Assembly (NCBI GenBank): GCA_965287045.1
Contig: OZ336875.1
Coordinates: 97,464,001 to 97,528,000 of the forward strand
DNA length: 64,000 nt
Direction of reading: 5' to 3'
Source: Carcharhinus amblyrhynchos
Taxonomy: Eukaryota
Below are positions 35,246-48,139 of this stretch, piece by piece. Numbering within the stretch: position 1 is the first letter of the stretch; each line of letters opens with the position of its first letter. The position numbers were made by a program, and so were the translations under genes. The notes below the pieces were generated by a model. That model was given only the letters and a program-made list of their open reading frames with translations. It did not search any database and had not been told where the DNA came from.

Positions 35246-36424
35246 CACCCACCCACCCACCCCTCCCGTTTGGCTTCAGCTTGCTCTCGGCGATGAAATT
35301 CTGTGTTCAGATCCTTCAACTGGTCTTGGGCCAGGGATTCCCAGGTGTGAATAGAGATGTTGCACTTTTTCAAGGAAGCTTTGAGTGTGTACTTGAAGCC
35401 CTGCTGGGCTTCATTTGGCAAATCAAAGCTTTGAGTAAATGCTTATTTAGGGAGACTGGAGTTGGGCAGACAGAGTGGCCCTCTCAGTGGAACTGATTGA
35501 ACGTGATCAATGCTTTGATACTGGAGATGTTGGCCTGGGAACACTGATGTCAGTTTTCCGATCCTGCCGATAGATTTACAGGATTTTGCAGAGGTAGATC
35601 TGGTGGTGCATCTTCAGATGTCTGCTGTAAATTGTCCATGAGTCTGAGCCATACAGGAGGGGGAGTTTCACTAGTACTGTATAGACCATGAGCTTTGTAC
35701 TGGGTCTGAGGTTCTCATCTTCAAGCAATCTCTCCCTTGGGCAATTGAAGGCTGCACTGGCATACTGAAAGCGGTGTTGAACCTTGTCATTGATATCTTC
35801 CCATGTTGACGTTAGGTTCCCAAGGTATGGAAAATGATCACACTATCCAAGGCCTCTTCATGGATTTTGACAACTGGGGCAGTGCTATGAGATGTGATTG
35901 GGGGAGAGGAGGAGGAGGAGAGAGAGAGATTGGTAGAGATCGTTCTTATGGATGTTTAGCCCATGTTCGCATACACCTTGATGAAGGTGTAGACGATGAC
36001 TTGGAGCTTGGCCTCTTAGTGTGCGCGGAAGTAAGCATTGTCTATTTACTTTAAAGACAGAGGATGGGACAACTTTGGCCTGCAGGTGGTCAAGGTTTCT
36101 TCTGTAGTTTAGCTCCACTTCAGTGGGGAGCTTGCTGAGGTGAGATGGAGTTGTTGTAGCAAAGGAGATTGACAAGATCATCAGTGTGATTACACAGCAT
36201 GGGTAGCCCCAATCTGAACGTAAATCGGGCCAGTAGAGGATCCAGTGGTTAGGATCACGGCATGCATGTCATTGTGGAGCAGGCAAAGGTTGGTGACAAA
36301 CATTTAGGAGCAGCCAAAATGGAGAAGCATGTTCCATAATCCGTCATGGTCGACAGTGTTGAAAACATTTGTAAGGTCAAAGAAGGCATGTACAAGGGTT
36401 GGTGCTGATCCCTGCATTTCTCTT

Positions 36425-36675
36425 GTAATGACCGTGAAACCAGTGTCGATTGTCAGAAAAACCCATCTGGTTCACTAGTGACCTTTAGGGGAAGGAAATC
36501 TGCTGTTCCTATCTGGTCTGGCCAACATATGATTCCAGAGGCACGGCAATGTGGTTGATTCTCAATTGCCCTCTGAAATGGCCTAGCAAGCCACTCAGTT
36601 CAAGGACAGTTAGATATGGGTAATAAATGCTGGCCAGCCATCGATGTCTATGTCCCATGAATGAATAAAAAAAAT
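36425..36675 (+). mobile_element. Third-family SINE, 5'-truncated
   Basis: Same blocks as 60511-60935, ends TGAATGAATAAAAAAA. Confidence 0.85.
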
Positions 36676-38032
36676 CAGCTATGCCCCTTAGTGGGTGAAA
36701 CTTGCATTGGGAATCTGGGAGGAACTCTTCAGTCACAGGGAGCAGGTGATTGAAGAGGACCTGTAGCCGACAGCATGGAATTCCTCTGTAGTTACTGCAG
36801 TCATTTGTGCCACCTTTCTTAAAGATCATAATTTTGGTGTTACTGAGATCTCTTGGCATGTTCTCCATCTTCCAGATAAGGGAAATAAGGTCTTATATTC
36901 TCACTAATAATGCTGCACTGCCATGTTTTACTACTTCAGTGGGGATTCCATCTGCTCCTGGTACCTTGTTGCTCTTTAGCTTCAGATGGCCTTTTCTACC
37001 TCTTGCTGGGTTGGGGTTGTGCTGAGATGATGGCTGGTAGCATGCTGTGGGATGCAGTCGAGAATACTCATGTTGAAGACAGAGTCTCTGTTGGGGAGGT
37101 CTTCTCAGTGCCCCTTCTAGTGGGAATTGACTGCCTCTCTGTTCTTGATGACCAACTCTTTGTTCTTGGCCAACAGTGAGGTGTGACCATGGGTGATTGG
37201 GCCATAGGTGGTCTTGGCTGCACTAAAGAAACTGCATATGTCACAGTTGTTAGCTAACTGCTGGTTCTTCTGTCCTTTCTCCACCCACTACCTGTGCTTT
37301 AGGTTGAGGGTTTTTTGCTGGGCCTCAGCCTTCAGCTGTCTGTGGAGCTGCTTTGTTGTTCACAAGTTGGGTCGCAACTTCAAATTGTTAACCTCCCTGT
37401 TACTGTTAAATGGTGGCCAGTGACACAGTGATCACCAATAGTCAGATAGCTTTAACCTTGTCCATCCAATTGTCCCATATGGTCGGGGAGCAGTTTTATC
37501 GATAACTGTCAGCACCATATCCCCTTTTCAACTCTGAAAATACTCTAAGCATGAACAGTACAGGAAGCAGCGCACACGTGTCTCTTTAAAGTTTGTTCCA
37601 AATACGTGGTCTCATTTCTCCCTGCCCTTCCTGTCAGAGCTTTGAAGAATTGTGAAGGTTATAAAGTTATAACATCACCACCATATTCTAGTAAAATTTC
37701 TCGGATGCAAGTGCACAGCTTTGAGTGAGGCAACTATATTTGCAGCTATTGTGTTCCTTACGAATTGAATTTGCTTTCCTGCTAACAAAATCAGACTGCA
37801 CCTTGAACAGGGCATTTAGAATTTTCTTACACAACAGCAAAAACCTTAAATGAACAGAATGATAGGCAAAGTTATACATCATGGAGTGGATATAGATCCC
37901 CTTTTCTAACGTGCTGATGTGGAAGTATGCAGAAAAAATTTCTACAATTTTCTCAGGAAATATTACTGCGGAAGTACATTGACATAGTAGTTGTGTGAAG
38001 TTCTACACCAAAATCTTGCTGCTGTTTATGCT

Positions 38033-38500
38033 GGTGGGATTTTATGGTCCCGATAATGGCACACTCCCGCCTTGGTGTTGCCCAGTGGCAAGGGTGCGTT
38101 CAACGGGAAATCCCATTAACAGTGGCGGGATCGTAAGATCCCACCACCAGTAAACAGTGGCACGGTGGCAGAGTGGTTAGCATTGCTGCCTCACAGCGCC
38201 AGGGACCCTGGTTTGATTTTTGGCTTGGGTCACTATCTATGCATGTTCTCCCTGTGTCTGTGTGGGTTTGCTCCGGTTGCTCCAATTTCCTCTCACACGC
38301 TGGTTAAGTGCATTGGCCATGCTAAGTTCTCCCTCAGTGTACCCAAACAGGTGCCAGACTGTGGTGACTAGGGGATTTGCACAGTAACTTCATTACAGTG
38401 TTAATGTAAGCCTACTTGTGACTAATAAATAAACTTTAAGCAGTGCGCTGCTTGCAGCTGCTGTGAAACACACTGCAGAGGGGGAGGGAAATCCCACCCC
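38033..38500. mobile_element. MITE-like element with nested SINE
   Basis: GGTGGGATTT ... AAATCCCACC TIRs. Confidence 0.6.
38157..38437 (+). mobile_element. V-SINE with alternative (non-CR1) tail
   Basis: Same head/core as the HE1-like copies, but tail TTCTCCCTCAGTGTACCC..GACTAGGGGATTT..GTGTTAATGTAAGCCTACTTGTGACTAATAAATAAACTT. Confidence 0.88.
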
Positions 38501-38815
38501 TAGTGTCTATAATATGAAATAAAAAAAAACAACATGTTTTTACACATAACTGTCTAATGTCAGTTGTGAGTGCGTTTTGAGAGTGTGACAGCCCCAGCTG
38601 GGAAAAAAGCTTCCTTATGAAGGTGACATTTTAATATTGTTGTCAGCAATGGAAGACAGTCGTTCAGCATAATATTTCCATATTTAACGTGATAGACACG
38701 AGATTATTTTTGATCAGCCGCATACATTGCAACAAGTTAAATGGACTTGTTTATAAACCGCTTATTTTTAATTGTTTCCAGACAAATCACTCTCTGCGGA
38801 AGTGGGGTAAAAGGT

Positions 38816-40106
38816 TGTTATGATCCGAACCCAGATCTCAAATTTGTTGTGATGTGGTTAGGGAATGTTAACTTATGTTGTAAACTAGATGAAATTTTTA
38901 AATTACAATGACTTAGTAACAGAATAAAGCCACAAGATTCTACAGTTTTAAGCAACAGAAGAAATCTTTACCATAGAGAAGCCAGCAAAGTGAGCAATCA
39001 ACACCATCCATTTTACATTGTTAACATACAGAATTAACTTGAAGTAAGTATGAATTAATAGGCAATGTGTTATCAAACGCGTCACAAACAACGTTAAATA
39101 GCAGATGTCACCAAAACAGATTCCACTAATTTCTCAACAAGCTACCCAGATATCAGCGATCACGGTGAGTCACAAAATTAGATACATCTCTGTCTTCCTC
39201 CTGAGGGATTTGAGCTCTTCTCTTTTGAAGATCTATTCCTGGATTCCCTCAAGGGCCACTGCAATGCAAACTGCGCCAATGACTGCTCACTTCCCAGTTG
39301 TTCAATCTCTTCTTCTGAGAATACATTCCACTAGATTGGACCTTAGAGTGCAGAAAGAGGCCAGCATTCAGCTTATCACTGACCCTCCGCATCCCACCTA
39401 GACCCTTCCCTCTGCCCTATCCCTGTAACCCCACGTATTTACTATAGCTATTCCAGTAAACTTACCCATCTTTTAGCATTAAGGGGCAATGTAGCATGGC
39501 CAATCCACCTAACCTGCACATCTTTCATATAGCTGCACCCCAGTTATCAGCACGATTCCAACTCCCTAGCTTCTCTGAGTAGAGCCCATCTGCTCCTGGG
39601 CTTTCCTTTGCTTCAGCTTCATTGACTGAGTCCTGTTCCTGGGTTTTGAAAAGCTTTCATCTTTCCTGCTGCACCAAGCAAACACTGCATCTCGGATTCC
39701 CTGAGCCACAACTCTTCGCACGTGGAGTTCCCAATGGCTCCCAGGGCTTAGAATCCATAGAATTTACAGTGCAGAAGGAGGCCATTCGGCCCATCAAGTC
39801 TGCATCGATCACAATTCCACCTGGGCTGTATTCCTGTATATATTTATCCTGCTAATCTCCTGACACTAAGGGTCAATTTAGCATGGCCAATCAGCCTAAC
39901 CTATACATCTTTCGACTGGGAGGAAACCAGAGCTCCTGGAGGAAGCCCACTGTACAGACAGTGACCCGAGGCTGGAATTGAACCCGGGACCCTGGTGCGG
40001 AGAAGTAGCACTGCTAACCAGTGTGCCATTCTACTGCTCCTCTGATCTCCAGCCTCCTGAGCAGCACAGAGCAAATGGAGTCAACCCTCCTCTCCATTTG
40101 CCATAA
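38816..40106. mobile_element. Possible LTR-like element carrying two minus-strand V-SINE pieces (39335-39525, 39750-40030)
   Basis: TGTTATG...CATAAC inverted ends. The SINE pieces are clear; the LTR call is weak. Confidence 0.35.
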
Positions 40107-41397
40107 CTTTGTTAGCCTCTATATTGGCATCAAGCTTGCATAGAGAGCAGATGGCTCGGGCCCGATTTACTAGTTTGCTGAGAAGACCAATTTTATGGCA
40201 GGTGGGGCTGTAGGAATCGCAATGTGTACATTGACCTGTGAAGGTAGTCTTGTGGTAGATAGTAATAGAGAATGTATTAGCAGATCGACTGGCATGTTGA
40301 GGGAAGTGAGCTTGTAATGCTGCTCCATTTCAAAGGTGAACTTGAGTACAGGATGAGCCCATTAAGGTGTGTAAGAAAATTTATAAATGCAGTTGCGGAT
40401 CCAGATATTGTAAACATATGGACTGGAATTTTACCATCCTGCCCACCACAAGAATTGGAGCGGGCAAGGGGCGGACCATGGAAAAGTTTATTGACGTTAG
40501 GTGGGATTACAGTTTTGAGACGAGTGAGGCCGTATCTGAATATTGGAAATAGACTTTAGCAATCTTACTGGAGCAGCTGGCAGACAATGCTATACCTCAG
40601 GGTCATCGCTCATTGTCACAAGACCCCAACTGCTTTTAAAGCTCATGATGACACCCCACCATTCTCAATATAAATGCTAAATGCGTGCCTCCGACATGAT
40701 GTACGCTGGCAGTGTAAGAGCTTAAAGTCTAAGAAGGTAAAAACAATGTATAAAAATAATCAATCTTGTTGATCAAAACTTTTCAAAGAAAAATGGGCAA
40801 AATTGGAGATGAAACAACCTCAAAATGCTGTGCTAGAAAGTTCAATTTGGCCTGTTCAGTCACTCATTACTTCATTATTATAAAGTATAACTTTTACTTC
40901 CTTATCATTGTAAAATAGGTTATCTTTCAAATCATAAATGAGTATGGAAAACACAATAAAATGTATCTAAGGGTTTGCATATTGTGTTCCCATTGCACTT
41001 GAAGTGTTATATGCATAACTGTGTATGACTCTTGGACTGATTTGGCTCAGATTTTATTATTAAAACATTCCAGAACCACAACTGAGCAATTTTAATTCTC
41101 CTCACCAATTAACCTTTAATTGACCTCTGAAGTGCCAGATGTCAATCTAGGTTTAACTCTCTTACCCAATCGTAGTTGCCTGTAATTGGCTTCAGGATGT
41201 GCCAGTTTAGAACTCTTCCTCACAGTAACTATGCCTTGTGGTCTCAACAAAACTTAACTTTAAAAGCACATCATTGCTCTCAAGCCAGTCCCCTTACCGC
41301 AAACGGGAAATGACATTCAAAATATAATCACCCATCTTGTTCCCAGCTTTAGATGTCATGCCTTGTTCATTATAAACAGCATATACTGTGACATAGG

Positions 41398-42389
41398 TAA
41401 GAACATAAGAACCTAAGAAATAGGAGCAGGAGTAGGCCATCTAGCCCTTCGAGCCTGCCCTGCCATTCGATAAGATCATGGCTGATCTGTCGCGGCTCAG
41501 TTCCACTTTCCCGCCCTCTCCCCATAACCCTTAATCCCCTCTGTCATCAAAAACCCATCAACCCGCGTCTTAAAAATATTTAGCGAGGCAGCCTCCACCA
41601 CTTCAACGGGCAGAGAATTCCAGAGATTCACCACCCTTTGAGTGAAGAAGTTCCTCCTCAACTCCGTTCTAAACCGCCCCCCTTTTATCTTGAGGCTGTG
41701 CCCCCTAGTCCTACTGTCTTTTTTGAGCGGGAAGAGTCTCTCCACCTCTATCCTATCCATCCCATTCATCACCTTATACGTCTCCCCTCATTCTTCTAAA
41801 CTCTAACGAGTACAAGCCCAGTTTATTCGGCCTCTCCTCATAGCTCAACCCCCTCAACTCCGGTATCAGCCTAGTAAACCTCCTCTGCACTCCCTCCAAG
41901 GCCAAAATATCTTTGTGCAGGTGCGGCGCCCAAAACTGCACACAGTACTCCAGCTGCGGCCTCACCAATGCCCTATACAGCTGCAGCAAGACCTCCATAC
42001 TTTTATATTCAATCCCCCTCGCTATGAAGGCCAGCATCCCATTTGCCTTCCTGACCACCTGCTGCACCTGCAAGCTGGGTTTTTGCGACTCATGCACAAG
42101 GACCCCGAGGTCCCTCTGCACCGTCGCCTGCTGCAGTTTTTCGCCATGTAAGTAATAGTCCTTCCTACCATTATTCCTACCAAAGTGGACCACCTCACGC
42201 TTGCCAACATTAAATTCCATTTGCCATTTCCTGGCCCATTCGCCCAGCCTATCTAGATCCTTCTGCAGACTCTCCACACCCTCCGCACAATTTGCCGTTC
42301 CCCCAATCTTGGTGTCATCAGCAAATTTCGACACCCTACACTCGGTTCCCTCCTCCAGATCATCTATATAAATGGTAAAAAGCTAAGGC
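41398..42389 (-). mobile_element. Young CR1 LINE, 5'-truncated, 11-bp deletion frameshift
   Basis: ORFs 41774-42334 and 41497-41772; AATGAGATCTC lost between TCTC microhomologies at about 41783. Confidence 0.96.
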
Positions 42390-42964
42390 TAAAAGAGGAT
42401 CTGGAGCATTGTTGATAATCCCGCAATCATCCTCGTGATTGTTTTGTTTGCACCAAAAATGTTTTGTTTCCATTTTGTCCAGGTCACTTGCTTAGCAATT
42501 GCCCGTCGTCAATTTCCCAATCCACCTGAGGAAACAGAACATAAGTCACCAAAGGAGATGCCATGACCCCCTTTAATTGGTTGCTTAGGATGACATTCAA
42601 CTGAGCATAATACCAAGCATTCTTATTTCTCCATACTTTGTTCTTGCACCAAGCTCTGAGTTATAGGCATTGGCTGAGGCAGACAGATCCGCATGAATGA
42701 TTTGGTTTGAACCTCTCAGAGGGAAGTAACGGCAAGGGAAGTGACAAATTAAATAGACGCACTTCATCTTTTAATGACACAGTGTGCCAACAGAGTGGAA
42801 ACTACTTTGTCACATTGTTTTTTGGGTGCTAAGATAGGCTGAATTTGAAAATTAACTCCATGAGTACTTTACCAATTTAAGAATCAAAATATCTCATTCA
42901 AACAAGGTGTGCATGAATGATTTCCTGTTAAATGCTGAATTTTAGCATGTAAGATTTTGAATGA

Positions 42965-43250
42965 TATGAACTCGGAACAGGAATTGGCCATTCAGCCTTT
43001 CGAGCCTATTCCACTGTTCAATATGATCATGGTTGATCTTATCTCATGTTCATCTCCACCTTCTTGCTTGCTCCCCTTAATCCTTCATCCCTCTATTAAT
43101 TAAAGACCTATCTATCTCCTCAAATTTATTCAGTGTTCCCGTGTCCACTGCACTCTGGGGTAGAGAATTCCACAGATTCACAACCCTTTGAGTGAAGTAA
43201 TTCCTCCTAATTTCTGTTTTAAATCTGCCACCCCTTCGCCTAAAACTATG
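42965..43250 (-). mobile_element. Older CR1 3' fragment
   Basis: GAGAATTCCACAGATTCACAACCCTTTGAGTGAAG plus 3' UTR. Confidence 0.85.
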
Positions 43251-43679
43251 GAATATAAGGGAGGGGTGTGAGTTTCAGAAACCTGTATTGGGATTTTTTT
43301 GAGGCAGGATATTCTGATTTGGTCTATTTAGCAGAATTTTATTTTAAAAGCATATCCCCCTCCAGTTTGGCTACTGGAGTTCAATACTGAAGGGAGATGT
43401 ACGTGGGTCCATTCATTTAGCCATTTTCTTTTCTTCTGGAGTGGGATTGTGTTTCATTTTTAATCTAACCCTGTATTGCTGTGGCAAATAATACATGTTT
43501 AAGAGTACATCTCTGCTAGTTGTGTGAGATTGTGGGTGGAATTCTCCCAAAGCATTCTGAATTGTTGTCGTCCGTGGGAAAACCAGTGAGATTCCCACTG
43601 GAAGGGTCGGTACTATTCAATTTGCACTTCAGCCACACTTAGGAATTTTTTGGAGGCCTGAGGAGACTCACTGAATTCG

Positions 43680-44090
43680 GCTGAAATACTTATCCACGCC
43701 TTTATTACTTAACTATTGCGAGGTGGTTGACCTCCCATTTTGCACCTTTTATAAATTTGAGGTCATCCAAAATTCTAACGTCATTATCTTAACTTGCACC
43801 AAGTCCTGTTCACCTATTACCTCTCTGCTCACGGATATAATTGACTCCCTGCCCAGCAATGCTTTGATTTAAAAATTCCAATCTTTCTAATTCCTCCCTG
43901 ACCTTGTCCCTCCTGGCTTTGTCATGTCCAGCCCAGCAATCCTCAAAGATTCTCAGATTCTGACCTGTTACGCATTCTAATATCTCCTTATGTGGCTTGT
44001 TACTAAATTTCATTTGGTAACATTCTTGTGAAGTACATTGGGATATTTTGCTAAGTTAAAGATGATACATAGATGTAAGTCGCTGTCTCT
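43680..44090 (+). mobile_element. Old L2-like LINE 3' fragment
   Basis: LIHAFIT..VIQNS..LTCTKSCSPITSLL; L2-type tail TGTGAAGTACATTGGGATATTTT..TAAAG..ATAGATGTAAGT. Confidence 0.65.
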
Positions 44091-44317
44091 TGGATCTGAT
44101 TGTTTCTTTGTTTGATTGAAGTATTGGGATATTAAAAAAACAGTGATTCGCTACTTCTGAAATCTAGTTAGCGGAATGGGCTCAAAAACATACATTCACA
44201 CAAATCCATTTCTTGATTTTTCATTCTTGAAATCAACTTTCTATTTTGCAACATAAACATTACTTGGAAAACTCAAGGGGTTAGATGTAAACCAGGTAAA
44301 AGCTGGCTTTATTGTAA

Positions 44318-44670
44318 GGGCAGCATGGTGGCACAATGGTTAGCACTGCTGCCTCACAGCTTCAGGGACCCAAGTTCAATTCTGGCCTTGGGTGACTGTG
44401 TGGAGTTTGCATGTTCTCCCTGTGTCTGTCAGAGTTTCTTCCAGGTGCTCCGGTTTCCTCCCATGGCCCAGAGATGTGTAGGTTTGGTGGATTGGCCATG
44501 CTAAATTGCCCCTTAGTGCCCAAGATTTGTGAATTAGATGGATTAACCATGGAAAATGTGTGAGACTACTGTGGGATAAGGTGGGGGAGCAGGCCTGGGT
44601 AAGTTATTCTGCCAATCAGTGTAGACTTCATGGACTGAATGGCCTCTTCTGCACCCTTATGTATTTATGG
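44318..44670 (+). mobile_element. HE1-like V-SINE
   Basis: Head, core and CR1 tail. Confidence 0.88.
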
Positions 44671-44844
44671 GCATTCTTATGTATTCATAGGAGGGGGAAG
44701 CAGAGAGATGCTGCAGGTTTCACACTATAAAATCAAGATGTCATCATGCCAGTTCAGCATTAAGCTTTCAAACCTTTAGTCTTTAAGTGCTTTGAAAGAA
44801 AAATGCCAAACTAATTGCTGGTTCCTTACACAAAAGCTTGGAGG

Positions 44845-45100
44845 ACAGCCATTCCCTGGTTCATTCCCCATGGCAATGCTTTGACCATTTAGAGTCAACT
44901 TGGTTTGCATTTAAGCAAAAGCTTGGCATCAACTGTTCCCTAGTGCATTCTCCCTGTAGCAATCCAGGTCCACTTGCCAACCAATCAGCACCCTTTTCAC
45001 ATGTAGTGTAAAGTGTTGTTCCCTTTGATATTTCGTATTCTTGTGAATCTGTCCTGATAAGTGTAAGACAATAAGCTTTGGCAACAATATTCCAATTCTG
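44845..45100 (+). mobile_element. Penelope-like terminal fragment with decayed hammerhead-like motif
   Basis: CCAATCAGCAC box, then TGTC-CTGATAA-GTGTAAGAC-AATAAGCTTTGGCA (45050-45083), a mutated CTGATGA..GAAA-AGCT-type core. Confidence 0.45.
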
Positions 45101-45159
45101 TACTACCAAGTAACTTATTTTATTGATGTCGTTTACTATTTTCCGATATTTTGATGACG

Positions 45160-46750
45160 CCACTGAAGGTGGCTGGGCATGGGAAACTATCCTGAGGAAT
45201 TTATGCAGCAATATCTTGAGACAACTACCACAGCCATCTTCCATTGTGATAGGTAGGATTCCAACCCGTGGAGAGTTTCACCTTGATTCCCATTGACTTC
45301 AAAATTTCTCCTTGACCCTACACTTGGTTAAATGCTGCCATGAGGTCAAGTGCTGTCATTTTCACCCCACCTCTTGAATTCAGCTCTTCTGTCCATGTTT
45401 ACACCAAAACTGTAGTGAGATCAGCAGCGGAGCTTTGGCAGAACCCAAAATTAGTATTGGTGTGTAAATGCCACTTGATATAATTGTCAATGACAACTTC
45501 CATCACTTTGCTGATGATCGAGAGTAGAATGATGGAGCCCCAACAACCTGATTATGCAAAAAGCAAAGCAAATCCGCAGAAAGTTCCGAGGCAATTTTCT
45601 GGAGCATAAGCTTTCAGTATTACAACCAGAATGCTTTGCTGAGGCAGTGGAAAGTATAGACAGAGTCAATAGATGGGAGGCTGGTTTGAGTGATGGACTG
45701 GGCTCTGTTCATGATATCCAGATGGAACTTAATCAGTGTTTTTATAAAGGTTTAACATATCATTCTTGCTTTCTACTTGTATTATCACTTTCACAGACTT
45801 ATGTACATACACTGCCAAGTCCCTCTGTCCCTGAAACCCTTTTAAAATTGTACCATTGAGTTTACATAGCCTTTCCTCATTCTTCCTACCAAAACCAATC
45901 ACTTCACATTTTTGTGTTAAATTAACTTCTCTTATAATACTGTCTCCTTCATCAATCTATCTATATCCTCTAAGTCTTTCATAGCTTACTATGTTGCAGA
46001 ACTTTGTGTCATTGGCAAACTTTGAAATAATGGGCGGGATTTTCTGGTCTTTCCCATCAGTGGGATCTTCTGTTCTTACTGAAGACAACCCCCTGTGGCC
46101 GGATCCCTGCTGGTGGGATGGCCGAGACATACAAAAAAGTGTAGACATCTGTTTGTTGCCAATGGTGAGTCTCCTCTGCTGCCAGATAATGCGCTAACAT
46201 GCTTGGGAAGGAGAGGGGGGCGGTGGAAAATACCACCTTTGTGCCTTCTATCTATCTCCAGCCCATCAATTTACATCTAAAAAATCAGTTGTTTCAACTT
46301 CACACTTCCATTCAGTCTGAAAAACATTAACATTTATGCCATTATTCCTTTTTGCTTTCTTTTCCTAAGCCAATGTTGTATCTCTTTCATCTCTGGGCTT
46401 TCATTTTGTTAACAAGTCTATTTTGGGTTAATTTATCAAACATCTTTTGGAGGTCCATATACACAACATCAACTACCCTACCTGAATCCACCCTCTCCAA
46501 TATATCTTTAACTTGATCAAGATAAACATGATTCACCTTTTACGTGTCCATACAGACTTTCAATTATTAGTGCATATTCTCCCAAACACTAGTTAATTTT
46601 GCTCATTGGACTACAAGTTTTCCCACCACTGGCATTAAGCTGATTTGCTTGACGTTGATGGGTTCATATCACTCTCTTTTTTTAAAACAGTGCATTAGGG
46701 AAGTCTGTCCCAGTGCTCTGGACACTGCAAACATCCCAGGTAAGGTGCAG
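45160..46750 (-). mobile_element. Cluster of old minus-strand LINE fragments (CR1/L2-type, short Rex1 piece 45630-45715) with MITE 46032-46237
   Basis: KFANDTKF and DFQKMFDKL-like RT remnants; MITE termini GGGCGGGATTTTC / GAAAATACCACC. Confidence 0.65.
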
Positions 46751-46794
46751 AAGACTGGTGTGTAGGAGCTCGCTGCTCTCGAAGGTTTGCTGCT

Positions 46795-47530
46795 GTGGTT
46801 GTTGTTCGTCCATCATCATCGATGAGGACCTTGACACCATTAGTCATTTTGAGGCTGGTTGCAGAGTGCCTGAAGATGACTGATCAGGCCAGTTCGGGCA
46901 CGGAATGTCCTGGCACATATTGGACAGACTCGTGTAGACACTGTAGTTGTTGCGCTGGTGGGTCTGGACTTGCGCAGCTCACGCTTTATGTTGTGCTTCA
47001 GCAATACACCTTGCTTTGTGAGCTTGACCGCCTTTGTGGATAAGGCAGTGCCAGGTAGGATGGTTTTGTGCCCAATGTTTCCCAGGTGGTCGTGTCTATG
47101 TCATGCAACTTCAGGGAGGCTCTGAGTGCGTCTTTGAAATGTTTCTTCTGCTCTCCATGCAAGCGTCTTTCAGCAGAGAGTTCCCAAAAAGGAGCTGCTT
47201 AGGTATGCGCTCGTCTGACATACGGATGACATGACCTGCCCACAGGGTCTGCACTCTCATCAGCAGTGTGTGGACTGATGGTAGACTTGCTCTAGAGAGA
47301 ACTTCAGTGTCTGGTACTTTATCTTGCCATCGGATGCGTAATATTCTGCGAAGACAAGTCATGTAGAAATGATTGAGCTGTCTTGCATGCCTTCGATACA
47401 CAGTCCACATTTCACAGGCATACAGGAGGGTAGTGAGTACCACGGCACTGTAGACCTTCAGTTTTGTTGCTGGGCTGATTCCTCTATGATCCCATACAGT
47501 GGAGCGCAGTCTACCAAAACTGGTGCAGCT
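46795..47530 (-). mobile_element. RTE-clade LINE 3' fragment
   Basis: ORF 47111-47443 VLTTLLYACEMWTVYRRHARQLNHF..CLRRILRIRWQDKVPDTEVL..WAGHVIRM..RIPKQLL. Confidence 0.9.
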
Positions 47531-48139
47531 AAAGGAATGGCAGCTACCTGTTAATGTGGAGGGTCACCTCATAAAGCAAGGTAACACTTTGACATATGGT
47601 CTGCCCTGTCTGACCTCCAGACGTGAGTTGAATGACCAAATATAAAATGCATGAAGGCTCAATCAGTCAGGTAGCATCAATCAAGGAGAGCAGAGTTAAT
47701 GTTCTGGGTCGATAACCTTTCAGAATTTGAAACTTTATGCATCTTTCTGTAAAAGCTGCCTAATTTGCTGATTGTTTCCAGTATTTAATATCACATTTCC
47801 AGCAACTGCTGTGCATGCACTGGGCTTTCCCAGAAAACAACTGACTGTTGTTGATGGTCAAGAGAGTGTTCCAGGACTGGTGGGGGAGAAGACTGAGAAT
47901 ATTTTGTAGGTATAAGGATGGTAGGGTTGGAAGAATGTGACACAGGTCTGACAGATGGGGGGAGAGATCGTGATCCATTCACCCATCTAGATGACCTTCC
48001 CATTCTCATTTGCATTCACCTTACTGCCTGCCACCTTCGACGTGAGTTACGCTCTTCCCCCCTCTAAGTTGTCTTTGTGTTCTCCCTCAATTCCCCTTCT
48101 TGCCCCACCGCCCAAAACCAGATCTTCCTTCTCCATGCA

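Larger units (their letters stand above)
34690..37430 (-). mobile_element. RTE-clade LINE, decayed, with two nested SINEs
   Basis: Minus strand IFKKGG..DCSNYRGI..LPDSQCKF (ORF 36509-36868), ILSISFA..VELNYR..LQAK, KYTLKASLKKCNI..WESLAQD. Confidence 0.85.
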
